From positions 1-32,083 of the forward strand of contig CAYQXU010000002.1 of NCBI GenBank assembly GCA_964421685.1: DNA of 32,083 nt. Reading direction: 5' to 3'. The notes below the pieces were generated by a model. The model was not told where the DNA came from. It saw nothing but the letters and a program-made list of their open reading frames with translations, and did not search any database. The position numbers and the translations under genes were made by a program. Positions 1 to 9,070 of this stretch are shown here, in pieces (position 1 is the stretch's first letter; each line of letters starts with the position of its first letter). The stretch comes from Candidatus Woesearchaeota archaeon. GTDB taxonomy: Archaea > Nanobdellota > Nanobdellia > Pacearchaeales > GW2011-AR1.

Positions 1-72
1 GTATGAATGGAACATTAATCCAAGATTTATGATCTAGGATTTACACATAGCCGTTTGCGGGAATTCAGTAAC

Positions 73-81
73 CTTTAAAAA
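73..81 (+). promoter_or_regulatory. Putative TATA box (CTTTAAAAA) upstream of the ribosomal-protein operon
   Basis: Same CTTTAAAWA motif found upstream of the other transcription units in this window. Here it lies about 70 nt before the rpl3 ATG, which implies a roughly 45-50 nt leader rather than a leaderless mRNA. Confidence 0.3.
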
Positions 82-151
82 CCTATTTTTTCTTCATAAT
101 TCATCCAGGGTAGGAATAAAATGATTTCCGCACTATTGATAAACATAAGAA

Positions 152-1084
152 ATGGCAGCACCAAAAGCACCAAGGAAAGGAAGCCTGCAATATTGGCCGA
201 GAAAGAGAGCTTCTAAGTTCTTACCTAGTGTAAACTGGGATGCAATTGATTCTGGAAAAAATCTTAAAGGTTTTATAGGATATAAGGCAGGTATGGTTTC
301 TATTCATGTTAAGGATAAAACCCCTGATTCTATGACTAAGGAGAAAAAAATTATTATCCCTGCGACAATTGTTGAATGCCCCCCTATGAAAATATTTTCT
401 GTTCGATTCTACAAATATGGAAAGGTGATGACAGAGGTTTTAAATGAAAATCTTGATAAAGACTTAAAGAGAATTGTAAAACTTCCAAAAAATAAAGGCA
501 AAAAAATGGAAGATGCAAAGGATTATGAAGATGTCAGAGTTATTGCCTATTCAGAAGTTAAAAAAACAAATATAAAAAAAACTCCTGATTTAGTTGAGGT
601 CGGGCTATCAGGGAGCCTTGATGAAAAAATTAACTTCATTAAAGATCATTTAAACAAAGAGATTTTAATTTCAGAGGTTTTTGAAAAAGGCCAGCTTATT
701 GATTTAAGGGGGCTCACAAAAGGAAAAGGCCTTCAGGGTCCAATAAAAAGATTCGGAGCTACATTAAGGTCTCACAAGGCGGAAAAAGGGGTTAGAAAGA
801 TAGGGAGTATAGGCCCATGGCATCCGACGAGAGTTACTTTTAGAGTTCCTATGGCTGGGCAGATGGGAATGTTTTCACGAGTTCAATATAATGGAAAAAT
901 AATAGAAATAAAAAAAGAGGCTTTAAACAATATTAAAAATTTTGGGAATTTGAAAACAGACTATGTTCTTGTTTACGGGTCTGTTCAAGGACCTTCGAAA
1001 AGACAAATGTTAATTACTTCTTCCTTGAGGAAAACAAAAAAACAAGCTAAAAAAAACTTTGAATTTATAGAGGTGTTAAGATGA
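152..1084 (+). CDS. rpl3: 50S ribosomal protein uL3
   Basis: N-terminus PRKGSLQYWPRKRA and the body (GYKAGM..., KGKGLQGPIKRFG) are typical of archaeal L3. It is the first gene of the conserved L3-L4-L23-L2 order. Confidence 0.95.
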   Translation: MAAPKAPRKGSLQYWPRKRASKFLPSVNWDAIDSGKNLKGFIGYKAGMVSIHVKDKTPDSMTKEKKIIIPATIVECPPMKIFSVRFYKYGKVMTEVLNENLDKDLKRIVKLPKNKGKKMEDAKDYEDVRVIAYSEVKKTNIKKTPDLVEVGLSGSLDEKINFIKDHLNKEILISEVFEKGQLIDLRGLTKGKGLQGPIKRFGATLRSHKAEKGVRKIGSIGPWHPTRVTFRVPMAGQMGMFSRVQYNGKIIEIKKEALNNIKNFGNLKTDYVLVYGSVQGPSKRQMLITSSLRKTKKQAKKNFEFIEVLR

Positions 1085-1881
1085 AAACATTAGTTTTGGA
1101 TATTAATGGAAAGGAAAAAGGAAAAATAGATCTTCCTAAGATATTCTCTTCTGAAGTAAGAGAAGATATTGTTGCAAAAGCAATTGAAGCAAAAAAAACA
1201 AAACAACCTTACTCTCCTTCTCCTGTTGCTGGAAAGCAGTATTCTGCGATGGGAAAGATGAGACATAGAAGACATGTTTGGCAAACTTCTTATGGAAGAG
1301 GAATGTCTAGGGTTCCTAGAAAAGTTATGTCTAACAGAGGAACTCAATTCAATTGGGTGGGAGCTGAAGCTGCTGGAACAAGAGGCGGGCGAAGAGCGCA
1401 CCCTCCTAAAATAATTGGAATGATAAACACAAAAAAAGTCAATAAAAAAGAGTTGAATATTGCACTAGCTTCTGCAATAAGTGCAACAGCTTCTGATAAG
1501 TTCCTGGTTAAAAGATATGAAAGCCTGAAAAATGAAAAAATTAACAATGTTCCTTTAATTGTTGAGGCAAAAATAACAAGCTTAAAGGCAAAAGACTTAT
1601 TTAGCAGTTTAAAAAAAATCTTAGGAGAAAAATTATTTGATGTCTCTATAAAAAATAAAAGTGTCAGGGCTGGAAAGGGAAAAATGAGGGGGAGAAAGTA
1701 CAAACAAAGCGCTGGGCTACTTCTTGTTATAGGAATAAAAGAAAAATTGAACACTAAACTTATTGAGGTAGCTAGTGTGGCAAAATTGGGAATTAATGAT
1801 CTTGCAAATGGCGGCCTTGGAAGATTGACAATTTACACAGAAAAGGCAGTTGGCGATCTAGGAGAAAAGTATGGAAAATAA
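1081..1881 (+). CDS. rpl4: 50S ribosomal protein uL4
   Basis: ATGA overlap with rpl3. Archaeal L4 features are present (GKMRHRRHVWQTSYGRGMSRVPR, AHPPK). Its position in the operon is conserved. Confidence 0.93.
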   Translation: MKTLVLDINGKEKGKIDLPKIFSSEVREDIVAKAIEAKKTKQPYSPSPVAGKQYSAMGKMRHRRHVWQTSYGRGMSRVPRKVMSNRGTQFNWVGAEAAGTRGGRRAHPPKIIGMINTKKVNKKELNIALASAISATASDKFLVKRYESLKNEKINNVPLIVEAKITSLKAKDLFSSLKKILGEKLFDVSIKNKSVRAGKGKMRGRKYKQSAGLLLVIGIKEKLNTKLIEVASVAKLGINDLANGGLGRLTIYTEKAVGDLGEKYGK

Positions 1882-2218
1882 AAAAGCAATAATAAAGAAA
1901 GAAACAGTTAAAAGCGTGGAGAAAGAAAATAAACCACTTGTAAAACAAAAAGAAAATAGCTCTGTAATAAAAATCATGAAAATAACTCCTTTAGTTACTG
2001 AAAAAGCTGTAATGGCTATAGAAAGAGATAATATATTAACATTTAAAGTAGATAAAAAATTCAACAAACAAAATATTTTAAAAGAAATAGAAGATTTATT
2101 TGACATTAAAGTGGAAAGAGTTAGAACATCAACAAGAGGAAGTGAAAAATTTGCTTATGTTAAATTAAAAAAAGGATTTCTAGCTATTGATTTGGCTACA
2201 AAATTAGGAATAATATAA
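1871..2218 (+). CDS. rpl23: 50S ribosomal protein uL23, with a Lys-rich N-terminal extension
   Basis: The core (ITPLVTEKAVMAIERDNILTFKVD...KFAYVKL) is L23-like. It sits between L4 and L2. About 35 extra N-terminal residues overlap the rpl4 end by 11 nt. Confidence 0.9.
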   Translation: MENKKAIIKKETVKSVEKENKPLVKQKENSSVIKIMKITPLVTEKAVMAIERDNILTFKVDKKFNKQNILKEIEDLFDIKVERVRTSTRGSEKFAYVKLKKGFLAIDLATKLGII

Positions 2219-2916
2219 TGGGAAAACGAATAATTGTTCAAGCTCGAGGGCATGGAAGCAAAACTTACAGGGTTAGAAATAACGCTTATAAGTTTAAGAT
2301 AAAATATCCTAAAAAACTAGAAGGAGAATGTGTTGTTGCAAAATTAATTAATTCAACTGCCCATACTGCGCCTTTAGCTAAAATTAAATCTCAAAACGAT
2401 GTATTTTTTATGCCAGCATTTAAAGGCATGATTGAAGGTCAAAACATAAAATTTGGCGGAAATGAAATAAAAGAAGGAAATGTTCTTTCTTTGAAGCATA
2501 TTCCTGTAAAAACACAGGTATATTGCATAGAATCTAGGCCTGGAGATGGCGGAGTTTTTATAAAAACTGGAGGAAGCTCTGCTACAGTAAGCAGAATTAT
2601 CGGCGAGGAAATTTATGTTCTTATGCCGTCAAAAAAAGAAAAGATATTTAATGCAAATTGCAGGGCAATTGTCGGAGTTATTGCTGGAGGGGGAAGATTA
2701 GACAAACCAATAGTTAAAGCAGGAAAAATGTTTTTTATTAAAAAATCAAGAAATAAATTATGGCCAAGAACTTCTGCTGTAAAGATGAATGCTATAGACC
2801 ATCCATTTGGAAGCGGAAGAGGAAAAAGAATTAAATCTAAGATTGCCAAAAGAAATGCTCCTGCGGGTGCAAGAGTAGGATTGATAAGGCCGAGAAGAAC
2901 TGGTAAAAAGAAATAA
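2218..2916 (+). CDS. rpl2: 50S ribosomal protein uL2
   Basis: C-terminal MNAIDHPFGSGRG...G motif and overall L2 pattern. TAATG junction with rpl23. Confidence 0.95.
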   Translation: MGKRIIVQARGHGSKTYRVRNNAYKFKIKYPKKLEGECVVAKLINSTAHTAPLAKIKSQNDVFFMPAFKGMIEGQNIKFGGNEIKEGNVLSLKHIPVKTQVYCIESRPGDGGVFIKTGGSSATVSRIIGEEIYVLMPSKKEKIFNANCRAIVGVIAGGGRLDKPIVKAGKMFFIKKSRNKLWPRTSAVKMNAIDHPFGSGRGKRIKSKIAKRNAPAGARVGLIRPRRTGKKK

Positions 2917-2918
2917 CT

Positions 2919-3308
2919 ATGGAAAAGAAAGAAATCACATATAGAGGAAAGTCAATAGAAGAATTGAAAAATTTAGATGTTAGAGAATTTGCTAAATATC
3001 TTAAATCAAAGCAAAGGAGAGTTTTACTTAGAAATTTCCAAGAAATTGAAAAATTCGTGACAAGAGCAAAGAAAAAAATATCTAACGGGAAGGCTTTGAA
3101 GACTCATAAGAGAGATCTAATAATTGTACCTAATATGATTGGAATGAAAATACAAATTTACAATGGGAATAGTTTCATTCCACTAGATGTAACAGGAGAA
3201 ATGCTTGGGCATAAATTAGGGGAGTTTGCCCCATCAAGAAAAAGAATCCAGCATGGAAGTGCGGGAGTTGGCGCTACAAAGGGAAGTAAACACAAATCTA
3301 AAAAATAA
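2919..3308 (+). CDS. rps19: 30S ribosomal protein uS19
   Basis: IQIYNGNSFIPLDVTGEMLGHKLGEFAPSRK is the S19 signature region. Operon position is conserved. Confidence 0.95.
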   Translation: MEKKEITYRGKSIEELKNLDVREFAKYLKSKQRRVLLRNFQEIEKFVTRAKKKISNGKALKTHKRDLIIVPNMIGMKIQIYNGNSFIPLDVTGEMLGHKLGEFAPSRKRIQHGSAGVGATKGSKHKSKK

Positions 3309-3310
3309 AA

Positions 3311-3919
3311 ATGGCAGATAAAGAAAACATAAACAATACTGAAAAGAAAGACAGCAAACGTCAAAATGTTTTGGATAAAGACGCTTCTAGCCAAAGTCAG
3401 GATATTGTTGATAACGGCAACAAGTCTGAAAGTAAAGAAACTAAAACAGAAAGCAATAAAGAAAAAGATGTAAAGAAAATAGAAAGGAAAAAGAGAAAGG
3501 AAGAAGCTTTTGTAAGTGCAAATAATATACCTATGTCTGCTAAAGAAGCTGCTTCAATATGCAAATTCATTAAAAAAAAGAAGATAATCAAAGCAATAAA
3601 TGATCTTGAGGATGTGTTAAAATTCAAAAAGGCTGTTCCTATGAAGGGGGAAGTTCCGCACAGACGAGGAAACATAATGGCTGGAAGATATCCTGTAAAA
3701 GCTGTGAAAAATTTTGTAATTTTATTAAAGAGCCTTTCGTCAAATGCTGTTTTCAATGAATTAAATGAACCAATAATCGTTGAAGCTTTTGCAAACATAG
3801 GAGAAAGACCTTATGGAAAGTTTGGAAGTGTCAGAAAGAAAAGAGCAAATATATTTATTAAAGCTGCAGAGAAAGAAAAAATTGAAAAGAATTTAGCAAA
3901 GGGGGTTAAAATAAGATAA
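3311..3919 (+). CDS. rpl22: 50S ribosomal protein uL22, with a roughly 65-70 aa charged N-terminal extension
   Basis: L22 core from about residue 70 (SAKEAASICKFIKKKKI...AVPMKGEVPHRRG...GRYPVKA). It sits between S19 and S3. Confidence 0.88.
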   Translation: MADKENINNTEKKDSKRQNVLDKDASSQSQDIVDNGNKSESKETKTESNKEKDVKKIERKKRKEEAFVSANNIPMSAKEAASICKFIKKKKIIKAINDLEDVLKFKKAVPMKGEVPHRRGNIMAGRYPVKAVKNFVILLKSLSSNAVFNELNEPIIVEAFANIGERPYGKFGSVRKKRANIFIKAAEKEKIEKNLAKGVKIR

Positions 3920-3926
3920 TTTTAAA

Positions 3927-4598
3927 ATGGAAGAGAGAAAAACTGTGGATTTCAAAAAAGCAGAATTTTCAGTAAGAGAGTATATTAAAGAATCACTAGG
4001 AAAGGGAAAAATAAGCAGAGTAAAAATTGAATATACCCCAATAGGTGAAAAAATTATAATTTCTACTAACAAACCAGGATTAGTTATTGGCAGGGGCGGA
4101 GAAAGAATAGATGAGCTAACAAGAGTATTAAAAACAAAATTTAAGCTTGAGAATCCTCATGTAGAAATAGATGAAATCAAGATTGCTGCGTTAGACGCTC
4201 AAATAACTGCAGATGATATTGCTTTAAGTTTGGAGAGATTTGGTCCATTAAAATTTAAAGTTATAGCCTATAAAACTCTTCAAAGCATGATGAATGCTGG
4301 CGCACTTGGAGCTGAAATAAGACTAAGCGGGAAGCTTCCTAGCTCAAGAGCAAAAACTTGGAGATTTACACAAGGGTATTTAAAAAAAACCGGAGACAGC
4401 GCGAAAGTTGTTGATAAAGCACAATCCCGAGCTGAAACAAAGCCTGGGACAGTTGGGATTAAAGTTAGTATTTTGCCTCCAGACGCAATACTAAAAGATA
4501 AAATAAAACTCGACGAGGAGTTCATTGAAAACTTGAAGAGAAGGTCGGAAGAAAAACCAGAGGATAAAGTGAAAAAAACAAAGCGGAGTAAAAAATAG
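3927..4598 (+). CDS. rps3: 30S ribosomal protein uS3
   Basis: KH-domain region (PGLVIGRGGERIDELT) and an S3 C-terminal domain, plus a Lys/Glu-rich tail. Operon position is conserved. Confidence 0.93.
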   Translation: MEERKTVDFKKAEFSVREYIKESLGKGKISRVKIEYTPIGEKIIISTNKPGLVIGRGGERIDELTRVLKTKFKLENPHVEIDEIKIAALDAQITADDIALSLERFGPLKFKVIAYKTLQSMMNAGALGAEIRLSGKLPSSRAKTWRFTQGYLKKTGDSAKVVDKAQSRAETKPGTVGIKVSILPPDAILKDKIKLDEEFIENLKRRSEEKPEDKVKKTKRSKK

Positions 4599-4600
4599 CG

Positions 4601-4804
4601 ATGGTTCAAACAAAATACAAAGACCTAAAAAATTTAGGCAAAGAAGATATTGAGAAAAAAATTAAAGAATTAAAGCTCGAGCTTGTTAAATCAAGAGTTA
4701 GCTCTGCAAAATCTGGGAGCTCAAAAATAAAGAAGACAAAAAGAATGATTGCTAAAATATTAACATTCAATAAATCCGTAAAGGAGAAGTTGAATAACAA
4801 ATAA
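4601..4804 (+). CDS. rpl29: 50S ribosomal protein uL29
   Basis: 67-aa helical protein (LKNLGKEDIEKKIKELKLELVKSR) directly after S3. Confidence 0.88.
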   Translation: MVQTKYKDLKNLGKEDIEKKIKELKLELVKSRVSSAKSGSSKIKKTKRMIAKILTFNKSVKEKLNNK

Positions 4805-4806
4805 CT

Positions 4807-5106
4807 ATGGAAATATGTCCAAAGTGCGGCTTGCCAAAGCAAGCTTGTGTATGCGAGCAGATTGTAAAAAGTTCGCAGAGGATAAAGGTAACGACCGAAA
4901 AAAAAAGATATGGAAAGATCGTTACTATGGTAACAGGGTTCGACAGCGGCATTGATGTAAAGAAAATCGCAAAGGCTTTGAAAAATGAGCTCGCTTGCGG
5001 CGGAACTTATAAAAATGGCGCGATTGAACTACAAGGAGACCACAGCAAAAAGATTAAAGGTTTGCTGGTTGAAATGGGCTTTGATGAAGAATCTGTAAGC
5101 GAATAA
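4807..5106 (+). CDS. sui1: Translation initiation factor aSUI1 (eIF1 homologue)
   Basis: N-terminal zinc knuckle CPKCGLPKQACVCE followed by a SUI1 fold region (KRYGKIVTMVTGF...LKNELACGGTYKNGAIELQGDH). Confidence 0.9.
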   Translation: MEICPKCGLPKQACVCEQIVKSSQRIKVTTEKKRYGKIVTMVTGFDSGIDVKKIAKALKNELACGGTYKNGAIELQGDHSKKIKGLLVEMGFDEESVSE

Positions 5107-5136
5107 ATACACAAAACGGCATTTTGAAAAAATAAA

Positions 5137-5490
5137 ATGGAAAAGAAAGAAAGAAAGCAGAAGGAAGCAGCTAAATCAGCTGAAGCTAGATGCAATGATA
5201 TTGACTGTCAGATCCATGGAAAATTGAAAGTTAGAGGGAAAACATTTGAAGGATCAGTCATTAAAAAGTTTCCAAGAAGGATTACAATAGAATTTCAAAG
5301 AATGGTTTATGTCAGAAAATATGAACGGTACTCAAAATCAAAAACTAAGTTACACGCTAGGCTTCCAGAGTGCATGAAAGATCAAATTAATGTTGGAGAT
5401 TATATAATGATTCAAGAGTGCAGGCCTTTAAGCAAGATAATTCATTTTGCAGTTATCAAGAAAATAAAAGACAAGAGGGATTTGAAATGA
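5137..5490 (+). CDS. rps17: 30S ribosomal protein uS17
   Basis: GKTFEGSVIKKFPRRITIEF...YERYSKSKTKLHAR...GDYIMIQECRPLSK matches the S17 OB-fold pattern. It lies immediately upstream of L14. Confidence 0.9.
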   Translation: MEKKERKQKEAAKSAEARCNDIDCQIHGKLKVRGKTFEGSVIKKFPRRITIEFQRMVYVRKYERYSKSKTKLHARLPECMKDQINVGDYIMIQECRPLSKIIHFAVIKKIKDKRDLK

Positions 5491-5542
5491 AAGTAAATCA
5501 AAGATTTCCAATCATTCGAAATAAAGAAAGGAGAAATTTCAA

Positions 5543-5944
5543 ATGAAAGCTATAAGCGCGAAAGCAACTCAAGCTCTTAATTTAGGGGCAAGAGTAACTG
5601 CTGCAGATAACAGCGGGGCAAAAGTTGTAAGAATAGTTGGAGTTAAAAGAAGTAAGGCAAAAAAGGGAAAGCAGGTGGCTGCTAAAATGGCTGATTGGGT
5701 AAAAGTCAGTGTAAAAAGAGGAATTCCAGATATGAAAGGGAAAGTATTTGATGCTGTAGTTATAAGATTAAAAAAACCCTACAGGAGACTTAATGGGGAG
5801 AGAATCTCATTTGAAGATAATGCTGTAGCAATACTCAAAGACGAAAAGGGGAATCCAAAAGGAACACAAATTAAAGGGCCTGTGGCGAGAGAGGTAATGG
5901 AAAGGTGGCCTCAAGTTGCAAAAATCGCCTCAGTAGTTTATTAA
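5543..5944 (+). CDS. rpl14: 50S ribosomal protein uL14
   Basis: LNLGARVTAADNSGAK...FEDNAVAIL... is a classical L14 pattern. An AGGAG Shine-Dalgarno-like motif lies 8 nt upstream. Confidence 0.95.
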   Translation: MKAISAKATQALNLGARVTAADNSGAKVVRIVGVKRSKAKKGKQVAAKMADWVKVSVKRGIPDMKGKVFDAVVIRLKKPYRRLNGERISFEDNAVAILKDEKGNPKGTQIKGPVAREVMERWPQVAKIASVVY

Positions 5945-5947
5945 AAT

Positions 5948-6352
5948 ATGAAAATTAAATTTAACAAAAAATGGGCAGGGAGTAAAATTCCAAAGAAGCA
6001 AAGAAAGTACTTAGCTAATGCTCCCTTGCATATAAAGAAAAAGCTGATAAGTGTAAATTTATCGAAAGACCTAAGAAAGAAATTTGGGAAGCGAAATGTT
6101 TCAGTTAGAAAAAATGATATTGTAAAGATAATGAGGGGAAAATTCAAAGGGAAGCAGGGTAAGATCATGGGAGTAAACCTTAAAAAACAAATAGTTATTG
6201 TTGAAAACGTGCAGGTAAAAAAAATGGACGGATCAAAGGTAAATGTACCGCTGAAAACTTCAAACCTTCAGATTATAGAATTAAACTTAGATGATAAAAA
6301 GAGATCAGAATCATTACAAATAAAAACAAAATCTAAAATAGAAGGAAAATAA
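5948..6352 (+). CDS. rpl24: 50S ribosomal protein uL24
   Basis: KOW motif region (RKNDIVKIMRGKFKGKQGKI). It sits between L14 and S4e. Confidence 0.9.
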   Translation: MKIKFNKKWAGSKIPKKQRKYLANAPLHIKKKLISVNLSKDLRKKFGKRNVSVRKNDIVKIMRGKFKGKQGKIMGVNLKKQIVIVENVQVKKMDGSKVNVPLKTSNLQIIELNLDDKKRSESLQIKTKSKIEGK

Positions 6353-6353
6353 A

Positions 6354-7001
6354 ATGTATCTAAAAAGACAACAAGTGCCAAAAAATTGGCCAATAACAAG
6401 AAAAGGCACAAAGTATGTAGTCAAACCCAGTTTTGACCTAGAGAAAGGTATACCTTTATTAGTTTTGCTCAGAGATTTTTTAAAGGTTGCAAAAACACGG
6501 GATGAAGTCAAAAAAGCACTGAATGCAAAAAACATAATTTTAAATGGTAAAATTGCAAAAGACGATAAAGAAAGCTTAAGAATATTTGATACAATAAAAA
6601 TTATTCCTTCAAATAAATGCTATCGACTATCTTTATCCAACATCGGGAAATTTTTTTTAAATGAGATAAAAGAAGAAGATTCTAAATATAAAATAAGCAA
6701 AGTTGTTGATAAAAAAACGTTGAAGAATAGAAAGACACAGCTAAATCTGATTGATGGCCGGAACTTTATCACGGATTTTAAATGCGGCACACAAGATTCT
6801 GTTGTGTTTAATTTTAATAGTGGAAAAATAACTAAGCTTTTGCCTCTAAAAGAAAAGGCTGGAATACTTGTTTTTGCCGGCAAGCATTCTGGTAAAACAG
6901 GCACGATAAAAAAAATAAATTTAGAAAAGAAAACTATAGAGATGCAGAATGAAAATGGAACATTCAATGTGTTAATTAAACAATTTATGGTAGTTGAATA
7001 A
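6354..7001 (+). CDS. rps4e: 30S ribosomal protein eS4
   Basis: N-terminus LKRQQVPKNWPITRKGTKYVVKP and a KOW-like C-terminal part. This gene is specific to archaea and eukaryotes. Confidence 0.92.
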   Translation: MYLKRQQVPKNWPITRKGTKYVVKPSFDLEKGIPLLVLLRDFLKVAKTRDEVKKALNAKNIILNGKIAKDDKESLRIFDTIKIIPSNKCYRLSLSNIGKFFLNEIKEEDSKYKISKVVDKKTLKNRKTQLNLIDGRNFITDFKCGTQDSVVFNFNSGKITKLLPLKEKAGILVFAGKHSGKTGTIKKINLEKKTIEMQNENGTFNVLIKQFMVVE

Positions 7002-7504
7002 TGACAAAAAATAATGTTATGAGAAGTGTGGCTATTGAGAAAGTAGTTTTAAGTGTTGGTGGAACAACTGATTATTTGGAAAAGGGGGTTAAACTTTTAA
7101 AGCTAATAACTGGGAAAAATCCTGCAAAAATGATGTCAAGGAAAAGAATTCCAACTTGGAGCGTTAGGCCAAAATTAGAGGTAGGGGCCGTAATCACAGT
7201 GAGGAAAAATTTTGAAGACTTGTTAAAAAGATTTTTAGTTACTAAAGACAATGCGCTTAAAAAAAAGCAGATAAGCGAAAACAACTTTTCATTTGGAGTA
7301 AAGGAATATATAGAAATTCCAGGTATGGAATATCAAAGAGACATTGGAATAATGGGATTTGACGTTACTGTTGTTTTCAAAAGATCTGGAAGAAGGGTGC
7401 AAATAAGAAAGGTAAAGCAGGCAAGAATTCCTAAGAGGCAGGTGATTTCGAAAGAAGAAATAATCAAATTTATGGAGGAAAAGTTTAATACTAAATTCAA
7501 ATGA
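7001..7504 (+). CDS. rpl5: 50S ribosomal protein uL5
   Basis: [10 protein letters not shown]..., [29 protein letters not shown] is L5-like. TAATG junction with rps4e. Confidence 0.93.
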   Translation: MTKNNVMRSVAIEKVVLSVGGTTDYLEKGVKLLKLITGKNPAKMMSRKRIPTWSVRPKLEVGAVITVRKNFEDLLKRFLVTKDNALKKKQISENNFSFGVKEYIEIPGMEYQRDIGIMGFDVTVVFKRSGRRVQIRKVKQARIPKRQVISKEEIIKFMEEKFNTKFK

Positions 7505-7731
7505 CAGCAAGTGATTGGAAAAAAATATTAAAACAATTGAAAAGTAAACCTGCAGTGAGAGAGAAATTCCTGAAACATTGCAAACCAAAAGACAGAAATA
7601 CTGGAATTGCCCTGCAAAAGTGTGAACGGTGTGGAAGATTTGGAGCACATATAAAATCATATGGATTAAATTTATGCCGACACTGCTTCAGAGAGATCGC
7701 TGAAGAAATCGGGTTTAAAAAATATAGCTAG
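7501..7731 (+). CDS. rps14: 30S ribosomal protein uS14 (zinc type)
   Basis: [25 protein letters not shown] zinc-ribbon core. ATGA overlap with rpl5. It looks roughly 20 aa longer at the N-terminus than the typical archaeal S14 as I remember it. Confidence 0.9.
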   Translation: MTASDWKKILKQLKSKPAVREKFLKHCKPKDRNTGIALQKCERCGRFGAHIKSYGLNLCRHCFREIAEEIGFKKYS

Positions 7732-7739
7732 GAGAAAAA

Positions 7740-8120
7740 ATGTCACAAGATATAGTTGCAGATGCATTAAATATGATAAATAATGCGAAGAAATCAGGAA
7801 AGGAAAATGTAATCATTAATAGAATTTCTAATTTATTAATTGAAATTTTAAAAATTATGAAACAGAAAGGCTCAGTTAAAAAATATAAGATTGACAGTAA
7901 GGAAAAAACGGTAGAGATAACAATAGGTAATCTGTTTGAGTGTAAGGCAATAAAACCCAGGTTTACAGTTGACAGGGATCAGATAGAAAAATATAGGAGA
8001 AGGTATCTTCCTTCTAGAAAGATAGGAACAATAATAATTTCAACAAACAAGGGCTTAATGACACACGAAGAAGCGGGACAAGAAAAAATTGGAGGATGCT
8101 TAATTGCTTACTTCTACTAA
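7740..8120 (+). CDS. rps8: 30S ribosomal protein uS8
   Basis: DIVADALNMINNAKKSGK at the N-terminus and GGCLIAYFY at the C-terminus are typical of S8. AGGAG lies upstream. Confidence 0.93.
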   Translation: MSQDIVADALNMINNAKKSGKENVIINRISNLLIEILKIMKQKGSVKKYKIDSKEKTVEITIGNLFECKAIKPRFTVDRDQIEKYRRRYLPSRKIGTIIISTNKGLMTHEEAGQEKIGGCLIAYFY

Positions 8121-8121
8121 A

Positions 8122-8664
8122 ATGAGAAAAAAATTATTCAAGGAAATTGAAATTCCGGAGCAAATTGAAATAAAAATAGAAGACAAGATGGTAGTTGTAA
8201 ATGGGCCAGAAGGAGAAAATAAGAGAGAATTTAAGCTTGGAAAGTTAGAATTTAGAAAAGAGGGAAACAAGATTATTATAGGCTATGAAAAAGCAACTAA
8301 AAAGGAAAAGAAAACGATGAATACCACTATAGCACATATTAAAAATATGATAAACGGCGTTCAGAAAAAGTTTGAATATAAACTTAAAATATGCTTTAGC
8401 CACTTTCCGTTTACTGTTGAAATAAGCGGAAATGAGGTAAAAATTAAGAATTTTTTGGGTGAAAAATCCCCAAGGTTGATGAAAATTCCTGATGGAGTCG
8501 ATGTAAAATCTGATAAGGAGATTGTCGATGTTAGATCTTGTGACAAAGAATTGGCTGGCAAGGTAGCGGCTGATTTTGAAAGAGCGACAAAAATAAGAAA
8601 TAGGGATAGAAGAATCTTCCAAGATGGACTTTATATTATTTCTAAAGCAGGGAGTGAAATCTAA
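8122..8664 (+). CDS. rpl6: 50S ribosomal protein uL6
   Basis: L6 two-domain pattern (IPEQIEIKIEDKMVVVNGPEGE..., FPFTVEISGNEVKIKNFLGEK). I chose the ATG at 8122, which gives the TAA-A-ATG junction seen elsewhere in the operon. The TTG at 8104 in the ORF track would overlap rps8. Confidence 0.92.
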   Translation: MRKKLFKEIEIPEQIEIKIEDKMVVVNGPEGENKREFKLGKLEFRKEGNKIIIGYEKATKKEKKTMNTTIAHIKNMINGVQKKFEYKLKICFSHFPFTVEISGNEVKIKNFLGEKSPRLMKIPDGVDVKSDKEIVDVRSCDKELAGKVAADFERATKIRNRDRRIFQDGLYIISKAGSEI

Positions 8665-8665
8665 A

Positions 8666-9070
8666 ATGCCTAAATTCTTAAGACGAAACTGGAATAGGCA
8701 CTCTAAACTAGGAAAAAGAAGGAAAAAGAAAAAAGTTTGGAGAAGACCTACTGGAAGGGATAATAAAATGAGAGAGAAAAGAAAAGGCTATGCACCAAGT
8801 GTAAGTATTGGATATAAACAAAATAAAGGTCAACGGGGTAAATTAAATGATAAAAAGCCAGTGTTAATTATGAACTTAAAAGATCTTTCTAATTTGAAAA
8901 AAGATCAAGTTGGATTAGTAGGAAATGTTGGGAGGAAGAAGAGAATGGAAATAGTTAAAAGGATTAAGGAAATGAATGCTAATATTTGGAATATAAAAGT
9001 TGAGAAGTTCATAAAGGAAATGAAACTTTTAGAAAAGACTTCTAAAAAAACAATAGGGGGAGAAAAATGA
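8666..9070 (+). CDS. rpl32e: 50S ribosomal protein eL32
   Basis: PKFLRRNWNRHSKLGKRRKKKKVWRRPTGRDNKMR is the L32e signature region. The ATG at 8666 gives a TAA-A-ATG junction with rpl6. The upstream ATG at 8624 would overlap rpl6 by 41 nt. Confidence 0.9.
   Translation: MPKFLRRNWNRHSKLGKRRKKKKVWRRPTGRDNKMREKRKGYAPSVSIGYKQNKGQRGKLNDKKPVLIMNLKDLSNLKKDQVGLVGNVGRKKRMEIVKRIKEMNANIWNIKVEKFIKEMKLLEKTSKKTIGGEK

Noticed and set aside
1-151. Possible end of an upstream gene, a divergent minus-strand start (ATG at 15-13), or a tRNA fragment at the window edge.
   Set aside because: The region is too short and truncated to call. No T-loop or acceptor-stem pattern is visible, and both frames stop or leave the window within a few codons.
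121-216. A 31-codon ORF (MISALLINIRNGSTKSTKERKPAILAEKESF) in the rpl3 leader. It has an AGGA upstream and the AATAAAATG context, and it overlaps the rpl3 start out of frame.
   Set aside because: It is short, has no recognisable features, and an open frame of this size is plausible by chance. It could be a regulatory uORF, but the sequence alone does not support that.
8104-8665. Longer starts offered by the ORF track for rpl6 (TTG at 8104) and rpl32e (ATG at 8624).
   Set aside because: Both would overlap the preceding gene and add non-homologous residues. The downstream ATGs (8122, 8666) begin at the conserved N-termini and recreate the recurrent TAA-A-ATG junction.
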